IMG/VR virus record: IMGVR_UViG_3300028591_000183
Location: 10,239 to 74,238 of that record
Strand: one strand, 5' to 3'
Source: a virus
Lineage: Duplodnaviria; Caudoviricetes
DNA: 64,000 nt
In this document: piece by piece, positions 1 through 11,232 of the stretch
How the letters are laid out: the number at the start of each line of letters is the position of its first letter
Numbering within the stretch: position 1 is the first letter of the stretch
Notes under the pieces: model-generated
What the model was told of the DNA's origin: nothing
Database searches by the model: none
Seen by the model: the letters and a program-made list of their open reading frames with translations, nothing else
Program-made: the position numbers and the translations under genes

Positions 1-269
1 AACTCCATATTGAAAATGGCATATTAAGGGGACTAAGACCTGTTATTTGGGATAATTTAAAGGTAGAAAAAGATTCGCATACTAATAAATTTATTTATTC
101 TGTAGATGTTTGGATGTGATACGCAAGCAGAAAGCGAGGAAGTAAATGACTTTTGAAGAGTATAAAAATTTCTGTGAGTGCTTGATAGATTGTGATGCAA
201 GCGATTGTCATGATTGTGGTTTATGGAGAGAGTGGAAAAGAGGACAACTACAGGAAGAAGCGAGGGAAT

Positions 270-3200
270 ATGACTAAAGCAGAACTTATGAATTTGGTAG
301 GAAAAAAGGTAACAGTTACTTTTAAAGACGGGGATAAGATATGTGGCATCCTTGGATATGCAGACGAGTTTTCAGCTAAACATAATTATATAAAGCTAAA
401 TGATTTTTACATTGGTAATATGACATTCAGAGTGAGCCATATTAAGAAAGCAGAGAGTGAGATAGCATGAGCGAAGAAAATGGAAAAGTTTGCTGTAATT
501 GTAGACACAATATAAGAGAGGGTGAGGATGCAGATATTCATTGTCGCTGTGAAATATGGAATGAGTATCTATCTTATCTCACGGTTATGACATATTCGTG
601 TAGAAGATGGAGTAAGGAGAGAAAAGATGGCTGAATATCATGTAGGTTGTGGGATGGCGAGAATATATGCAGGGACTTTAAACAAACAAGGCAACTTGTG
701 GACACGGAAATCAGACGTAACGGATGAAGCGATAAGTGCAGTTGCTCAGTATCTTTTAGAGTATGATGAAGCACTTGAATTTACTTATAGAGGAAAGCGT
801 TATAGATTGGCTGTTTCAAAAAAGGAGTAAATATGGGAACAATACGAAATGAAATGACAATAGTGCATCATTGGAAAAAGGATGAATTGGAGAAAGTAAG
901 AGAAGATGCCATAAAAGTGTTTAGCCAAATTGCTAGGCAAGATGCAGGAGTTGAGGAATATATTGAAAGTATGATAAGTCCTATAATGAGTACCTATATA
1001 AATCAAGAATATACTTTCGTTATAAATGGAGATTGTTCAAAAATTGGGTGGGAAACGTCTGAGCGATTCCATGAAACAAGAATGAAGTGGTGTGAAAAGC
1101 ATAAGCATGATGTACAAAATATCATAGTGATAAATTTTGGTGAAGGTGACGAGCCTTGTCGCATAGTTTTTGATGATAAAGCAGAAAATGAGGAATAAAC
1201 ATGGAAGAAATAGAGCTAGTAGTTAAAATACCCAAATATATGTTTGAAGATATTCAAGACAGGTATGAGCATCCTAATAAAGGGGACGGAATAAATCTAC
1301 TTGAATATGCAGTAGTAAATGGCACACCACTTCCTAAAGGGCATGGAAAGCTTATAACTGAGCCGACAGAGGAAGATATTACAAAAACAGTAGGCGGTCA
1401 AAATGATTTTGCTGAATGTATCAAAGATGCAGTTAAAGCAGTATTTGACAACGCAGACGCAATCATAGAAGCAGATAAGGAATAGAAAGATGAATAGAAA
1501 ATTTTGTGATAGATGTGGTAAAGAGATAAACATAAATCCTATTGTACAAGTCCAAAATCCATTATTTGAAATAAGACAGATTTATCCACGAGGGTTAATG
1601 CCTATTGATTTATGTGAGGATTGTTCCAAGAAGTTTGTTGAATGGGTAAAGGAGCAGGAAGATGCAGGTAATAATTGATATACCAAGTCACATATACAAA
1701 ACTCTCATAGAAACAGGAACGTATGGATATTATAAGTTTGATTCCAAGAATGCAATCAAGAATGGCATACCCCTTCCTAAAGGACACGGAGCAATAAAAG
1801 ATGTTTCGCAGATTGAAATACCCATGTGTGAGGATAGGGCGTATGAAAGATGGGTACAGGTAGCCATAGATTCTGCACCGACAATTATAGAAGCAAGCAA
1901 GGGGCAGGAAAATGATTGATTATCTTTTAGTGGCATGGATTTTGGTCGGTATATTTTGTCTTGGCTTTTATCATGGATACAGATTTAGAAAATGGATGGA
2001 TAAGGAGAAAACAAAATGATTTATGGAAACATGAAAGAACACAAATACGAGGTAGAGGGTATTAAACCACAGATTATGACAGAGATAACAACTTTGTTAC
2101 ATACATGTTGTGAGAAAGGATTATTTAACAAAGATGATGTATATAAGATAGCAGAGATGGCTTGTATGTCAAATGAGGATGTGCATGATGAAGCCATGAA
2201 TAAGTTAGATTCACTTATGTCTACTGTTTTGGATAAGATGGTTGATGATGCTAAACATGGTAAGCAGGAAGCCATTGATGCTTTGGCTATGCTTGCAGAT
2301 ATGGTTTTAAAGGATATGAGGGATAAGGAGCAGGAATGAATGATGAAGAAGTAATGATTATTTCATTGTTTATCAACCTTTTAATCTATTTATTTTATAT
2401 AGCTTTATTTTTCGCATAGGAGATAAAAGATGGAAATGACGATTGAGGAAATTAGGTATAGATTGCAAGCCATGACTACAATGTGTACTTTTCAAGATGC
2501 AGTAGGGCATGATTTATCACAAAAAGAAATCAAATTGTATAATCAAGCAAAGGACGAAGCAATAAAAATCATGCGCAAGTATCAGAAGATAGAGCAGATA
2601 GTAAACGGGAATATCAATGGTGCTTATTCTAATGTTGCTGAAATACGGAGGATAATAAATGGGAATGACAATTAATGACAAAGATTTGGCATCGGGTTTA
2701 ACTGCACTAGCTATCATGTGTGCAAGCGAAGGAACAGACGGATGTGATATTACTATAACTACAACAAAGGGCAAGATTAACTGTCACATAGAATTTTCGG
2801 GGGTAGAAGATGGAAAAATCACTTGATTTTGTTGAACAATGGGCAGAAGAAAATAATTATGTAATCGTATCTAGCGATATGTGGGCTATTGCACAAGATA
2901 TCATGAGCAAGTATCAGAAGATACAGGAAATAATTGATAATTGGACTAAACCCGAAGAAATCGAATGGGCGATACGAGAGGTATTAGAAGATGACAAGAT
3001 TTGATGCTATTAAGCAAATGAATGTTGAAGATTTAGCTTTCTTTCTGAGTATTGTTGAATTAGGTGATTTAAACTCTATTCCCAATATAACTAACAAAGA
3101 CATTGATTATTATATGAATTATTTTAAAGAAGAAGATGGTAGTGATTTGATAAATACTTTACATGAATTGAATAGAAGTCGGCATGACTATAAGGAGATA

Positions 3201-3456
3201 GAAAATGGAAAGACCGATTGAAAAACTAAGACAGTTGCAAGAAGATGTTGACAAAGAGCATAAGGACTTAATTATTGAGTGTGATATGTTGCAAGGCAAT
3301 ATCAATCGCATGATGACTACTCATGACCACGAGGAACTACTTACAATGTTCGCCTACGCTCATAAAAGATTAGGTGATATTTTTTGGAAGAATAAGAAAA
3401 GAATAAATATGGAGAATATAGAAGATGAAAATGACACAACAAATGTCAATAGGTGA
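270..3456 (+). CDS. Cluster of about 12 small co-oriented hypothetical phage proteins (270-470, 627-830, 833-1198, 1201-1485, 1490-1678, 1662-1919, 2016-2339, 2430-2675, 2810-3004, 2991-3221, 3205-3456)
   Basis: Tightly packed or overlapping ORFs with AGGAG/GGAG-type RBS; no recognisable catalytic motifs. Confidence 0.75.
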
Positions 3457-4937
3457 TTTTATTAGACACATGAATGATGCTCAGTTGGCTAATGTATTGT
3501 TGGATACCATCACGGCAAATGCAGATTATTGTGAGGAATATCGCATAGATTTGGGTGGCTATATCAGCTTTAATGTCGTTGATGAAGTACCGATTAAATG
3601 GGATTTGAAATATTATAAGAAAGGATATATTTGGATATGGCAGGTGGCAATTTTGATAGTGCAAAGAATGGCAAGAATGATGAGTTTTATACACAGCTCA
3701 CAGATGTATCAAAGGAGCTGATGCACTACAAGGAGCATTTCAAGGATAAAATTGTTCTGTGTAACTGTGATGACCCTACATGGTCTGCGTTTTGGAAGTA
3801 TTTCCATCTGAATTTCTCGGCTTTGGGATTAAAGAAACTGATTTCCACACATTATGACCGCAATAATCCCACCTATAAAATGGTTTATGAGGGTGGTGAT
3901 GATAATAATATCGAAGTGGGTGTAATTACACCACTTGAAGGTAATGGTGATTTCAGAAATCAGGAATGTATTGACCTCTTAAAAGAGAGCGACATTGTAG
4001 TAACAAATCCACCATTCTCTCTGTTTAGAGAATATATCGCACAGTTAATGGAATACGAAAAGAAATTTATCGTATGGAGCAATACAAATGCTATAACATA
4101 TAAAGAATTTTTCCCTTTACTGAAAGATGGTAAAGTGTGGGCTGGATATTTGTTTAACAGCACTTGCGTTTTTAGGGTTGGTGATGGATATAAATATGAT
4201 GAAAAAGTTACTCAGCAGATAAATGATGGATATAAATACGGAAAAGTTCCGAGTATTGCAACATTTACTAATTTAGATATAAAGAAACGCCATGAGAATT
4301 TAATTCTTTGGAAGAATTATACACCTGAAGAATATTCTGATTACGATAATTATGACGCTATCAATGTTAATAAAGTGACAGATATTCCTGTTGATTATGA
4401 TGGAATATTGGGTGTGCCTATTACTTTCCTTGATAAGTATAATCCTGAACAGTTTGAAATTGTTGGATTGGTGAATGGCAAAGATAATTTAGCGGGTATT
4501 AAAACCACTCGTGATTATTCTGCATTTTCTGAAACTCGACAAGATTCAACAAAAACAGGAGCAAGTGGTAAAAAAATCAATGGTAATCCTGTTATAAAAG
4601 GCAAACCAACCAAAGGTAATTATTTTACTTTTGGTTCTGAAGTCGTATATTCAGCGTATGCTCGAATCTTTATCCGTCTAAAGCATGGAAGAAAGGCGTA
4701 GAAGAAGGATTTAATCATGGTTGGGATAGAGGATATAAAAATTCATCTGAATTAACACAGAAAATCTGTGAAAAAGCAACTGATAGAATCCTTAATGCTG
4801 AATCAACTTCTTATGACGCAGGATTTAAGAAAGCGTTAATGATGGCTCAATGGTACAACAAAATCTTTCTTGGAATTGATACCGAGTATGATGTAGAAAA
4901 GATTATGAGGTTATATAAGAAGTACAAAGGAGAATGA
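3425..4937 (+). pseudogene. Phage gene interrupted by the methyltransferase cassette (N-part 3425-3624, C-part 4697-4937)
   Basis: AAGAAAGG direct repeat at 3617-3624 and 4689-4696; deleting the insert gives an in-frame ORF ...KYYKKG|VEEGFNHGWDRGY...KYKGE* whose stop overlaps the next ATG (ATGA at 4934-4937). Confidence 0.7.
3637..4701 (+). CDS. Adenine-specific DNA methyltransferase, EcoRI_methylase-like family
   Basis: KNDEFYT, VLCNCDDP and catalytic DIVVTNPPFSLFREY motifs; RBS AAGAAAGGA. Confidence 0.9.
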   Translation: MAGGNFDSAKNGKNDEFYTQLTDVSKELMHYKEHFKDKIVLCNCDDPTWSAFWKYFHLNFSALGLKKLISTHYDRNNPTYKMVYEGGDDNNIEVGVITPLEGNGDFRNQECIDLLKESDIVVTNPPFSLFREYIAQLMEYEKKFIVWSNTNAITYKEFFPLLKDGKVWAGYLFNSTCVFRVGDGYKYDEKVTQQINDGYKYGKVPSIATFTNLDIKKRHENLILWKNYTPEEYSDYDNYDAINVNKVTDIPVDYDGILGVPITFLDKYNPEQFEIVGLVNGKDNLAGIKTTRDYSAFSETRQDSTKTGASGKKINGNPVIKGKPTKGNYFTFGSEVVYSAYARIFIRLKHGRKA

Positions 4938-5487
4938 AGATGGCAATAAGTGAGAGAGAACACCACATCAAAGTATTAGAACAATTTCTACATGATTATC
5001 AAGAATGGGGAGAAGATTTTGAACTAGAGAAAACCATTAAGTATGCCATATCCTCACTTAAAACAGACCTTAAATACGACTTGATGTATGAGGGTGAAGA
5101 TGTTTATACCAAGGATGAAGTAATAGCTATGCTAGAAGATTTAAAGGCAGATATTGAGGTAAAGACGAACTACTACGAACAAGCGTATAAAGAGCCATCA
5201 AATTTAATACATGAAACCGCTATATGTGGAAGAATGTTTGGTTGTGGAGAATGTAAAGAGCTTATTCAACAGAAAATCGACAAGTTAGAGGGGAATAAAC
5301 AACTATGACCGACTTGCTATATGTGAGTTATGACAATGACGAAAAAAGAAATGAAATAGGAATATGTATAGGCAGAATCAATGAAACAGGCAAGCATGAA
5401 ATTCTAAAGATGGAATTGGATGAACAGGCAGAAGTCTTGTATAAGGTACTGACAGACCAATCAATTAAAATCGACAAGCTGAGATGA
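4934..5487 (+). CDS. Two hypothetical proteins (4934-5308, 5305-5487)
   Basis: ORF track, overlapping start/stop codons. Confidence 0.7.
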
Positions 5488-5543
5488 AAAGGATGTAAGT
5501 TGATAAAATAGGTAAACCATGATAGTGTGGAAGTGAGGTAATT

Positions 5544-5873
5544 ATGAAAAATATTTCAATGTCAGATTTAGGGCTTAACGAGCTAGATAGTAAGGATAGA
5601 GCTTTGTATTTTATGTGGGAAAGTTCCCACGCTAGAGCGGAAAGAACTGTTGTGAGATTGTGGATTGTTGTATTGGTTCTTATTGTAGCTTTATTAGGAA
5701 CTAATGCGGGATGGATATACTACGAATCACAATTCGAGGATGTAGTAACAAATACGGAAACAGTTACACAAGAAGCTACGGCAGATAGAGATGGCGAGAT
5801 TCGATTGATTGGCGGTGACTACTATGGCGACAAGAGCGAAACAGACAGTAACCAAAACAACAACCAAGACTAG
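5544..5873 (+). CDS. Single-pass membrane protein
   Basis: Hydrophobic LWIVVLVLIVALLGTNAGWIYY segment; RBS GAGGT. Confidence 0.7.
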   Translation: MKNISMSDLGLNELDSKDRALYFMWESSHARAERTVVRLWIVVLVLIVALLGTNAGWIYYESQFEDVVTNTETVTQEATADRDGEIRLIGGDYYGDKSETDSNQNNNQD

Positions 5874-5964
5874 GCAAAAGAAAACACCCGAGGGTAATTT
5901 GACCTGCCCTATATGTGGTGGCAAGGGAAGTGTCCCTAGAGGATATAATAAGAAGAAATCTTAA
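5824..5964 (+). CDS. Small basic protein with CxxCxGxG motif (46 aa, not in ORF track)
   Basis: Translated by hand: MATRAKQTVTKTTTKTRQKKTPEGNLTCPICGGKGSVPRGYNKKKS; followed directly by a terminator. Confidence 0.55.
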   Translation: MATRAKQTVTKTTTKTRQKKTPEGNLTCPICGGKGSVPRGYNKKKS

Positions 5965-5991
5965 AGACTAGCTAATCGGCTAGTCTTTTTT
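5964..5991 (+). terminator. Intrinsic terminator
   Basis: AAGACTAGC-taatcg-GCTAGTCTT then T-run. Confidence 0.8.
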
Positions 5992-6015
5992 AGTAAACCA
6001 TTGTAAAATTGAATA

Positions 6016-6057
6016 AGAGCCAAAGAGCCGATTTCTTAACAGGAATTGGCTCTTTTT
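6016..6057 (+). promoter_or_regulatory. GAGCC-GAGCC hairpin element (copy 1 of 4)
   Basis: AGAGCC-aaa-GAGCCGATTTC...GAATTGGCTC-TTTTT upstream of the RBS of 6077. Confidence 0.6.
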
Positions 6058-6076
6058 GTATGTTTGAGGGGAATTT

Positions 6077-6349
6077 ATGCGGGTTAAAGACTACATCTAT
6101 AGCAATTCAGAAATGGAAACTATCATCAATGAATACATCCACTCACAGAGGGATAGACTTGTCTGTAAGCTGTGTTTCATTGATGGAATCACTCATGAGA
6201 AGATAGCGGAGCATCCCGATGTAGATTTAACTCCTAGACAAGTGAGCAATATTATAAGTAAGTCATCTATTATTATTTCAGATAGATTAGAAGCGAGAAA
6301 TGCAGGGGAGGACAAGATATGCCTAATTCCACAAATGAAGTTATCGTGA
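6077..6349 (+). CDS. Sigma-70 region 4-like HTH protein
   Basis: RDRLVCKLCFIDGITHEKIAE...LTPRQVSNII pattern typical of sigma4-like HTH. Confidence 0.6.
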   Translation: MRVKDYIYSNSEMETIINEYIHSQRDRLVCKLCFIDGITHEKIAEHPDVDLTPRQVSNIISKSSIIISDRLEARNAGEDKICLIPQMKLS

Positions 6350-9300
6350 ATGGTCGGGTAGTTATGAGTGTCCGTGGTGATACTGTAACAGAAAATACTC
6401 TTGTACAGGGCGAAACAGCACATGACAAAACGGGTAAAGAAATAGTAGGTAATCTTAATCCTCAATCTTCTGAGGAACTAAATGAGCTAAGAGAACGGGT
6501 TGATGCTCTCGATGAAGAAGCCTATAGAGTATTGGACAGAGTGGAAGAAATAGAAGAAGAAGACTATATCCCATTTAATGATTCGGATGATGAAGAACAT
6601 CCTAAAAAGAAGACATTATTTGCTTCTATTATAGAAAAATTAAAGTCTATTTTTGTTCAGAAATCAGAGTTGAAGAAACATACTTTTGAAGTAGGTACAG
6701 ATATCCCTGCTGATTCAGACTTAAACACCTATGTAACAGAGGGTGTTTATAAAATTGCGCCCGATACAACTGCACAAACTATTTCTAATGTCCCTGTAGC
6801 TAGTGGTGACGCAAAAGCAGGTGGAAAACTCATAGTAAACAAGGGGCTTTCATTGAATGAAACCTATGTCTTACAAATCTATATCAACAACGCAGGACAT
6901 ATTTTTAAGCGCAAAACTACCAATAATGGAACTACGTGGGATGGTTGGACTCAATTAGCAACTATGGGTGCTATTACACCTTCTCAAATAGGTGATGGCT
7001 ATGCTACGGCTACTGTAAGTGGTTCTGTTATTACAGCTACAATAAGCGGATTCCAATTAAGAGCAGGGGTCATTGTTGCTCTTTATTTTCCAAGCAATGT
7101 TACTACTGCATGTACACTAAATATTAGTAATACAGGTGCTAAAGCTATAAAGAATTGGACTTCGCATGACCCGTCTGTTGGTCATTCGATAAGAGAAGGT
7201 GTAAATACTTTCATATATGATGGCACTCTATATAGGGCTATTGCATTTGAAAAGAGTCCTCGTATTGTATTGCAAGACTATGTGGCAGACACTAGCGGTA
7301 ACTTGATTACTGAATGGGGTTATGACGCTAATAAAGCTCAGATAAAATATAGCTTGCTCTATGATAAGTTGAGATGGAATCACTATAAAAATTCAGCTTG
7401 GAAGGGTGATGTTGTACTTGCAGATTATAATGATATTAAACATCAAACAGTAGGCATCGATATCCCTGCTAATTCAGACCTAAATAACTACACCACTAAT
7501 GGAATTTATTGTGTTGCTCAGAATACTACTGCTGTAACTTTAGTTAATTGTCCAAGCTCTTATGCAGGAAAGTTAGTAGTTGAGAGAATAGCAGGAAATA
7601 GTTATATTGTTCAGACCTATTATACTTATCATCAAGATTTAGCGGGATTTGGCGGTGTATTTAGAAGGTCTTATGCGAGTTCATGGCAACCGTGGGTATA
7701 TATAGCTAATATCCAAAATGACGGAGGAAATAGATACCTTTATTTAATGGGCGAAACAACAACAGCAAACGATAAAGGTGTTGGAATCAAAGCAAGGATA
7801 AAAGATACTACCACTAATGGGGACTATACAAGGCAAATTTTAAGAGCATTTCAAGACCACCAAGCCACGCCTACGGGATTTAATCTTGTAATAGATGGTG
7901 GCGGTGCGTTAATTCTCGGTGGTGGCGAAGCAGGACAGGCGCATTACGGGGCTTTAACAAAACCTTATGCTAGTGAACAGGTATATATCACATCTGATGG
8001 AAATATATACTTACAAGCCAATGCTACTCCAATAGCTAATAGGATAGGATATGTAATAGATGCAAATGGCAATTTAATACCATGTAAGGCTGACGCAAAA
8101 GTTGACAATCAAGGCAATATAGGTTGGTCTGATAAAAAACTTGCAGGAGTATGGACATATAAGATAAATGGAGAAGATGTTGTAAATGCATCTACAATGA
8201 AAGATACTTCATTGGATAAAACTCTGCGTCTTGGTGGATTGGCTACAAGACGTATCGAGATACCCGATAATAGTGGATGGGCTAAGTATATTAAGTTTTG
8301 TGATGTAACTACATGGTACACTTCAACCACTACAGGACAATCAGTATTATCGTTTGTAGGATGGTTACTAACTGCAAGAGAAGGAGGTTATGCATCAAGA
8401 AGTGAAGTAACAGAACTTGAACTTGCTGTAGGCTATGAAAAAAGCACAACACCGAATAGTGGTTCACTTATATTATCAACAAGTAATGGTACTTACATGC
8501 CTGTAGTCTTAAAAGAAGTTTTAAATAATGTTACAAAATATTATTTAGCATTAAGAGTGGATGGTTCGGGTAGGCAAGGATTTCTTTTAGGTCATTTTAA
8601 AATGAATGATTATTCGGGTGATTTATTTGATGGTAATTGGGTAAATTGTACCGATGCGAATGGAACATTACCTACAGGATATTCAGTAGAGATAAATGGA
8701 AGACTTAAACGAAATGATGCTATTTTTGCAACATGTACCACGGCGGGTGACCAACAAAACAAGGTAGCGACAATAGATGACCCTTTTTGGCAACTAAGAA
8801 ATGGGCGTATTGTAGGCGTAAAGTTTACTAATACTAATACCTTTAATTCAACAGCCACAAACAAGATTACTCTTAATGTAAATAATACAGGCGCAAAACC
8901 AATCTATTATAACACAGGATATCCAACAGGCACTAACACCGCAGTATTCGGTTATGCAAATAGACTTCATTTCTATATGTATGATGGCACTAATTGGGTT
9001 TGGATAAGTGCAGGTTACGCTCCCGATAGTAATAACCGTAAATCATTTTATGGAACATGTTCAACAGCAGGTGACCAACGAGTAAAAGTTGTTACTTTAG
9101 CTGATACAAACGGGTGGGAACTTCGTGCAGGAACTATTGTAGGTGTTAAATTTACCAATTCAAATACGTATAGTGCTACCTCAGATAATAAGATACAGCT
9201 TAATGTTAATAATTCGGGCGCAAAGAATATTTACTACAACACAGGTTATCCAACGGGAACGAGTCAATATGTTTGTGGTTATGCAAATAGAACACAGTAT

Positions 9301-9966
9301 TACATGTATAATGGAACTGATTGGGTATGGATAAGCGCAGGTGTTGAAGTCGATACTGTAGACCCGAGAGCATTAGGTTCGGGCTATGGAATATGTGAAA
9401 CGGCAGAAGCAACTACAGCCAAAGTAGCTACCCTTGCTTCATACACGTTAAGAACAGGTGGAATAGTTTCTGTAAGATTTGCTTATAACGTTCCTGCAAA
9501 TTCAACCTTAAATATAAATTCCCGTGGAGCAAAACCTATATATCAAAGAACATGGGCTATTCCTGCGGACGTTATAAAAACGGGCGATATAGCTACTTTT
9601 GTATATGATGGTAGTCATTATGTTCTACTAGGAACAGATAGAACAGAAAGACAGTTTGCAAATTATAGATATGCTAATTCAGCAGGTACACCCGATACAA
9701 CTTATCTAACAAGAAATGATACTAGCGTTTTATTCCCCGAATTATCGTATATAAAACGTGGTGATGTTGTTATGTTTGGGTGTATAGTAAAATTTGCTTC
9801 AAGCAAAACCTATTCAGCAGGTACAAAAATAGCAACATTGGCGTATTCGTCATTGCAAATATGTTATCCTCATGCTTCATTCTATATAGGCGGAAATGGA
9901 TTATATATAAGAAATGGAACATATAATGGAAATTATTATTTACAATGTACATATATCGGAATATAA
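6319..9966 (+). CDS. Tail fibre / receptor-binding protein (1215 aa) with two pyocin-knob-like domains and four repeated beta modules
   Basis: DIPADSDLNTYVTEGVY and DIPANSDLNNYTTNGIY knob-type starts; repeated (Y/F)xTCxTA...LNVNNxGAK.IY...YDGxxW modules; T/N/G-rich. Confidence 0.8.
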   Translation: MPNSTNEVIVNGRVVMSVRGDTVTENTLVQGETAHDKTGKEIVGNLNPQSSEELNELRERVDALDEEAYRVLDRVEEIEEEDYIPFNDSDDEEHPKKKTLFASIIEKLKSIFVQKSELKKHTFEVGTDIPADSDLNTYVTEGVYKIAPDTTAQTISNVPVASGDAKAGGKLIVNKGLSLNETYVLQIYINNAGHIFKRKTTNNGTTWDGWTQLATMGAITPSQIGDGYATATVSGSVITATISGFQLRAGVIVALYFPSNVTTACTLNISNTGAKAIKNWTSHDPSVGHSIREGVNTFIYDGTLYRAIAFEKSPRIVLQDYVADTSGNLITEWGYDANKAQIKYSLLYDKLRWNHYKNSAWKGDVVLADYNDIKHQTVGIDIPANSDLNNYTTNGIYCVAQNTTAVTLVNCPSSYAGKLVVERIAGNSYIVQTYYTYHQDLAGFGGVFRRSYASSWQPWVYIANIQNDGGNRYLYLMGETTTANDKGVGIKARIKDTTTNGDYTRQILRAFQDHQATPTGFNLVIDGGGALILGGGEAGQAHYGALTKPYASEQVYITSDGNIYLQANATPIANRIGYVIDANGNLIPCKADAKVDNQGNIGWSDKKLAGVWTYKINGEDVVNASTMKDTSLDKTLRLGGLATRRIEIPDNSGWAKYIKFCDVTTWYTSTTTGQSVLSFVGWLLTAREGGYASRSEVTELELAVGYEKSTTPNSGSLILSTSNGTYMPVVLKEVLNNVTKYYLALRVDGSGRQGFLLGHFKMNDYSGDLFDGNWVNCTDANGTLPTGYSVEINGRLKRNDAIFATCTTAGDQQNKVATIDDPFWQLRNGRIVGVKFTNTNTFNSTATNKITLNVNNTGAKPIYYNTGYPTGTNTAVFGYANRLHFYMYDGTNWVWISAGYAPDSNNRKSFYGTCSTAGDQRVKVVTLADTNGWELRAGTIVGVKFTNSNTYSATSDNKIQLNVNNSGAKNIYYNTGYPTGTSQYVCGYANRTQYYMYNGTDWVWISAGVEVDTVDPRALGSGYGICETAEATTAKVATLASYTLRTGGIVSVRFAYNVPANSTLNINSRGAKPIYQRTWAIPADVIKTGDIATFVYDGSHYVLLGTDRTERQFANYRYANSAGTPDTTYLTRNDTSVLFPELSYIKRGDVVMFGCIVKFASSKTYSAGTKIATLAYSSLQICYPHASFYIGGNGLYIRNGTYNGNYYLQCTYIGI

Positions 9967-10000
9967 CAGATTGATTTTATTTAAAAGGAGGAATAAATGT

Positions 10001-10384
10001 ATGAGGTTTTACTTATTTAAGGTTGCTTATAATAAAGTAGCCTGTGCAGAGGACAGACCACAACCATCTGCTTACGACAGTTATGATGAAACTAAGAAAG
10101 CGCAGTATCAGTACATGGGACAGAATGTGCTTGGTGCAACAATCGGATGGGTAATGACTAAGATTGTCTGTGAGAATGGAGTCTGCAATGCTACGGATGA
10201 TACTTATTGGGAAGACCCTAATATCATCCCATATTACAGAGATTTGATTCTTGCAGGAACAATCAACGCTAAGACTAACAAGCCTTGGGCTGTAGAGGAT
10301 GTATCTGAGAGATGGCGTTCTGCCGTAGCTGAGTATGTCGTACAACATACTCCTGTAGAAGAACAGGAGGTAACAAATGAGTAA
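10001..10384 (+). CDS. Hypothetical protein with C-terminal CD1375-like segment
   Basis: YRDLILAG...VEDVSERWRSAV resembles the small tail-associated CD1375 family; RBS AAGGAGG. Confidence 0.5.
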   Translation: MRFYLFKVAYNKVACAEDRPQPSAYDSYDETKKAQYQYMGQNVLGATIGWVMTKIVCENGVCNATDDTYWEDPNIIPYYRDLILAGTINAKTNKPWAVEDVSERWRSAVAEYVVQHTPVEEQEVTNE

Positions 10385-10673
10385 GTTTCTTTTTATTAGT
10401 CAGCCAATGAGAGATAAGACAAATGAAGAAATCAAGGAAGAAAGGGATAGGGCTATTAGGCTTTGTAAGAAGTATCTTGGGGATGATATAAAGGTACTTG
10501 ATTCTTTCTTTGAGGATGCACCTCATGATGCAAAACCTCTGTGGTTTTTAGGAAAGTCTATCGAAATGTTATCTCACGCTGATTATGCTTTCTTCTGTGA
10601 CGGATGGGAAGATGCTCGTGGATGTGTCATCGAACATGAATGTGCGGAGAAATATGGAATCCATATTGTCTGA
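10377..10673 (+). CDS. DUF4406 / nucleoside deoxyribosyltransferase-like protein
   Basis: FISQPMR...LSHADYAFFCDGWEDARGCVIEH. Confidence 0.7.
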   Translation: MSKFLFISQPMRDKTNEEIKEERDRAIRLCKKYLGDDIKVLDSFFEDAPHDAKPLWFLGKSIEMLSHADYAFFCDGWEDARGCVIEHECAEKYGIHIV

Positions 10674-10793
10674 GAAAAATGAACTGAAATTGAAATGAAT
10701 TAAACTTTTTGGCTTGAAAAAGTGTAATTCAAACAGAAAAATTGGTTGAAAAAGTGGCATAAAAAAAATGAATTAAACTAAGGAGGTGTTGTT

Positions 10794-11048
10794 ATGGAAT
10801 TAAGAGATACTGTTGATTTGATGTTGAGTGATGACTACAAGGATAGATTTAAGGCTGAGTATCTACAGCTTAAAATCAGATATGAGAAACTTAAGGTGAT
10901 GTTAGATAAGTGGGACAATGACGAATTGGATTTCACACCTACTTGTCCAAGAGAAATTTATGACGAACAGATAGATGGAATGGAAACCTATCTTGATGTG
11001 CTTGTAGACAGGGCAAATATAGAAGGAATTGATTTGTCGGATTTCTAA
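10794..11048 (+). CDS. crAss001_48-related phage protein
   Basis: MLSDDYKDRFKAEYLQLKIRYEKL...LDFTPTCP...M..YL.VL..RA.IEGIDL. Confidence 0.75.
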   Translation: MELRDTVDLMLSDDYKDRFKAEYLQLKIRYEKLKVMLDKWDNDELDFTPTCPREIYDEQIDGMETYLDVLVDRANIEGIDLSDF

Positions 11049-11124
11049 TCTTCCTTCTAATCCAATTTGTTATTTTGATGTGTAACAGGTTGAAACAAAG
11101 AATAAATAAAATCAAAGAAAACCC

Positions 11125-11153
11125 TTGACACATCTAACAAATTGATATAAACT
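11125..11153 (+). promoter_or_regulatory. Sigma-A-type promoter facing attP
   Basis: TTGACA-17 nt-TAAACT. Confidence 0.55.
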
Positions 11154-11175
11154 GAAACACGTTGACACATGATTT

Positions 11176-11222
11176 ATCGCCCTTTCACGGCGGTAACACG
11201 AGTTCGATTCTCGTCGGAGTCA
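11176..11222 (+). mobile_element. attP: attP core: 3' two-thirds of tRNA-Glu(TTC)
   Basis: Anticodon arm TCGCC-CTTTCAC-GGCGG, T arm ACGAG-TTCGATT-CTCGT and 3' acceptor strand CGGAGTCA present; 5' acceptor strand and D arm absent. Confidence 0.8.
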
Positions 11223-11232
11223 TATTGAAAAT

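Noticed and set aside
6319-9966. Diversity-generating retroelement target
   Set aside because: No reverse transcriptase and no TR/VR pair differing at adenines seen in this window
11176-11222. Functional tRNA-Glu gene
   Set aside because: No 5' acceptor strand or D arm upstream; better explained as the attP core
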